Part shown: piece after piece, positions 61,423 to 64,000 of the stretch
Layout: every line of letters starts with the position of its first letter
Position numbering within the stretch: the first letter of the stretch is position 1
Assembly (NCBI GenBank): GCA_965202585.1
Contig: OZ241831.1
Location: 2,790,001 to 2,854,000, forward strand
Length of the DNA stretch: 64,000 nucleotides
Source: Thalia democratica
Taxonomy: Eukaryota
Reading direction: 5' to 3'
Program-made: the position numbers and the translations under genes
Notes under the pieces: model-generated
Told to the model about the DNA's origin: nothing
The model's input: only the letters and a program-made list of their open reading frames with translations
Database searches by the model: none

Positions 61423-63632
61423 TGAAGTTTTAATCGATTGTTTTCGTTTGTACATCCTGTTTTATTCTTTTTTATAATGAAGTTTTGTTTGATGTTTGCA
61501 TAGTTTTTGTTGAGTTAAATAAATATTAAGTTTGGTTGTGTAAATGTTAATTTTCGTTAAATAAAGTAAGATTCGTAAACAATGTTATTATTTTTTATAA
61601 TAACTATTTGGAAATAGCTAATTTTTATAATTTATAAGGGTTCAGCTGCTAGTAAATAAATATTCTACTTGGTTAAATTTAAATACTTTTGAAATAGTGT
61701 GATAAGCAGGAACGTTTCAAAATTAATTGGTAATATTGATACGCAATACAAACAACTAGTGTCATAACTTTTTATGTAGTTCTAAGATTAAAATAATATA
61801 CGTTATGTATTTCTAATATGAACTGAATTTTTATCTAAAATTCAAAGTGATGTTACATTTAGTTAAGTAAAAAGTAATGATGAAAAATCATTAGTAGACA
61901 AAGAAATTATCATGTTTAAACTAACTTACATATGTTATTAACTAGATAATGGTGTATAGTTATATTTTGTAGTCTATAAGCGACACGTTAGAGATAATAA
62001 ACATACTATTACGATAATAACACGCTTAATTTGAATAGAACGTTTTACTATATATAATAATAACATTATTCAACTAAACAAATTACCTTAATATTTCCAA
62101 AAAATCCAAGTTAAATTAAGTAAATTTTTTAGATCACTGGCCGATATTATTTTATATTACTCGGGGAAGTTTTACAATTTGCTAGATAATAGACGAATTT
62201 TTTTTACGGGTCGCAGTTATTTAAAACAGATGTGGTAAACAAAAGGAAAAAAAAAATAAACGAAATAATTGAAAATGAATTTCTAGTAGTTATTAATTGA
62301 TAAATTTACAACCTAATTATAATTTTTAACTACAAAAACTTTATTTTCTTCTAAACTAGTTTGTCTTTAGCTGAAAAGTACATCGTGGGCCAAACATTTT
62401 AGTTTTTGGAAAATTCAGCACCTGGACCACTGGTTGTCATTTTCTTATCTGAATAGTTTAAAACAATTTCATATAATTTAAGCTAAATTTCAATACTCAC
62501 CATAGATCTTCAAAAAATATAGTTGAGTATGTTATATACTTCGAACAGCTTACAATAAGTTATTAGTAGTAGTTTAACAATAAATATAACTCACTTTGTA
62601 AAGCTTTATTTTTTAAATATTTATTTATAAGTATTTAGAAAACTGTATAAAAAAATAACATGTGTAAACTCTGAAATAAGTGGAAACTGACATAAGCTAA
62701 CCAACAAAGGACAATTATAACTAACAAAGAAGGTCATTTATAAAAAAAAATCAAAAGTTGCTTTGTTATTTTCATATACCAAGTTTTTGTCTACTATATT
62801 GGTTATTGTTATCATAAATGATTTGAGTTGTACTAAAAAAAATTTAAAGCGACGTACGATCTAATTATTTTAATAACTAAACTACACAACTTATATCAGA
62901 AGTACTAAACTGCTAAACTACAACTTTTTTAAATACATGAATAATCTCAAGAAATATCGTGGTCATTTTTGAAGATTTGAGTTTGAATAGTTAATAATTT
63001 TAAACATTGGTAATTAAATTAAATATTATTTACTCATTAAATTTATTAAAATTTTTAAGAACATTTTGTTTTAAACAACTTTATTTAGTTTAAACACATT
63101 TATGGGTTAATAAACAACAGGCTCCAACCTGATTTCAAAGATAGAGTATCAAAGAAATTCATAAAACTATAATCTTAAATAATATGGTCACAATTTTTAG
63201 TGTAATTATACACTCGAATGCAAGTGAACTGCTTTAGCTGATGTTAATATTATTTTGTTTTATAAAAAATTGACTTAAAATCCTCGCAATAGCATCTTTA
63301 AAACATGATCATTTTTTTGTACAAAATTGTGTTGTTTAAAATACTATTCGCTTAACTTATTATAACATCATTTTAACAATTTAATAAAATTAATTATATC
63401 ATAGTTGAATTCAACATTTACTTTTTAACTCTTATATTAACTTTAAAGCTTTACATAAGTTATCAAGACATAAGTTGTTTCTATTACGTATACTACATAT
63501 CAATATCCATTTATTTTTTAGTTAACTGTTTAAGTTATCTTATTAACAAATTGCTGCGGAAACCTCGTACTGTACTTAATTTAAAAACCTTAAATTTAAA
63601 AAATTAATTACTTTCACTTACAAAACATGTTT

Positions 63633-64000
63633 TGTAATAATGATGTTTTTGTCATTTTTATATTGTTTTAACTCTATTATGCAACCCTTAATCTTTCTGA
63701 AGTCGCCTAAATCAATTTATGTACCACTATAACCGCAAAATCACAAAGTTTGGCATCTAAACTGTTATGAGCTTCTGTACTTAGTTATAGACCATAGAAA
63801 GTACCACTATTAACTGCTTATTTATAGTGGTATACAAATTTGTTTAGGTGACTTCAGAATGATTAAGGGTTGCATAAAAGAGTTTAAACATCTTAAAAAT
63901 GACGAAAACATCATTATCACTAATTCGGATAAAGGTTCTGGTGTTGTAGTTTAAATTTTTCACATTATGTTAGTAAATAGGAAAATGTATTAAACGATTG
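63633..64000 (+). mobile_element. PLE RT relic with inverted repeat; loop orientation A (runs to the window end)
   Basis: Paralogous to 43025-43415. Confidence 0.65.

Noticed and set aside
1-64000. Poxviral or other viral origin suggested by AT-richness, intronless serpins and a CrmA-like loop
   Set aside because: Low coding density, spliceosomal signals, eukaryotic transposons, and no viral core genes

Overview
Very AT-rich eukaryotic DNA (an invertebrate; Hydra-like by composition and transposon content, which is inference) occupied by a tandem and inverted array of serpin genes. I count 15 loci: 7 intact full-length ORFs of about 372 aa, 4 full-length copies with stops or frameshifts, 3 fragments, and 1 copy cut by the window edge. 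All have an intron-free CDS and no signal peptide, so they look intracellular (ov-serpin/clade-B-like). The scaffolds are very similar, but the reactive centre loops (RCL) fall into 5 unrelated classes, one of which has Asp at the CrmA-like register. A second variable patch lies in the s4C/s3C region. Exact-identity tracts between neighbouring genes point to gene conversion. The four plus-strand copies share one inversion breakpoint and sit tail-to-tail with minus-strand copies inside 9-kb or larger segmental duplications. Intergenic DNA is a repeated ~3-kb module containing a Penelope-like RT relic folded into an inverted repeat whose loop occurs in both orientations. Also present: a younger Penelope-like insertion with ~465-bp inverted arms and a GIY-YIG tail, a Tc1/mariner-type MITE, a hAT-type MITE, and a 28-bp minisatellite with very different copy numbers in paralogous segments. 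ORF-track starts of 'MSKIS' are GTG codons; the real start is probably the ATG of MNFNSF.
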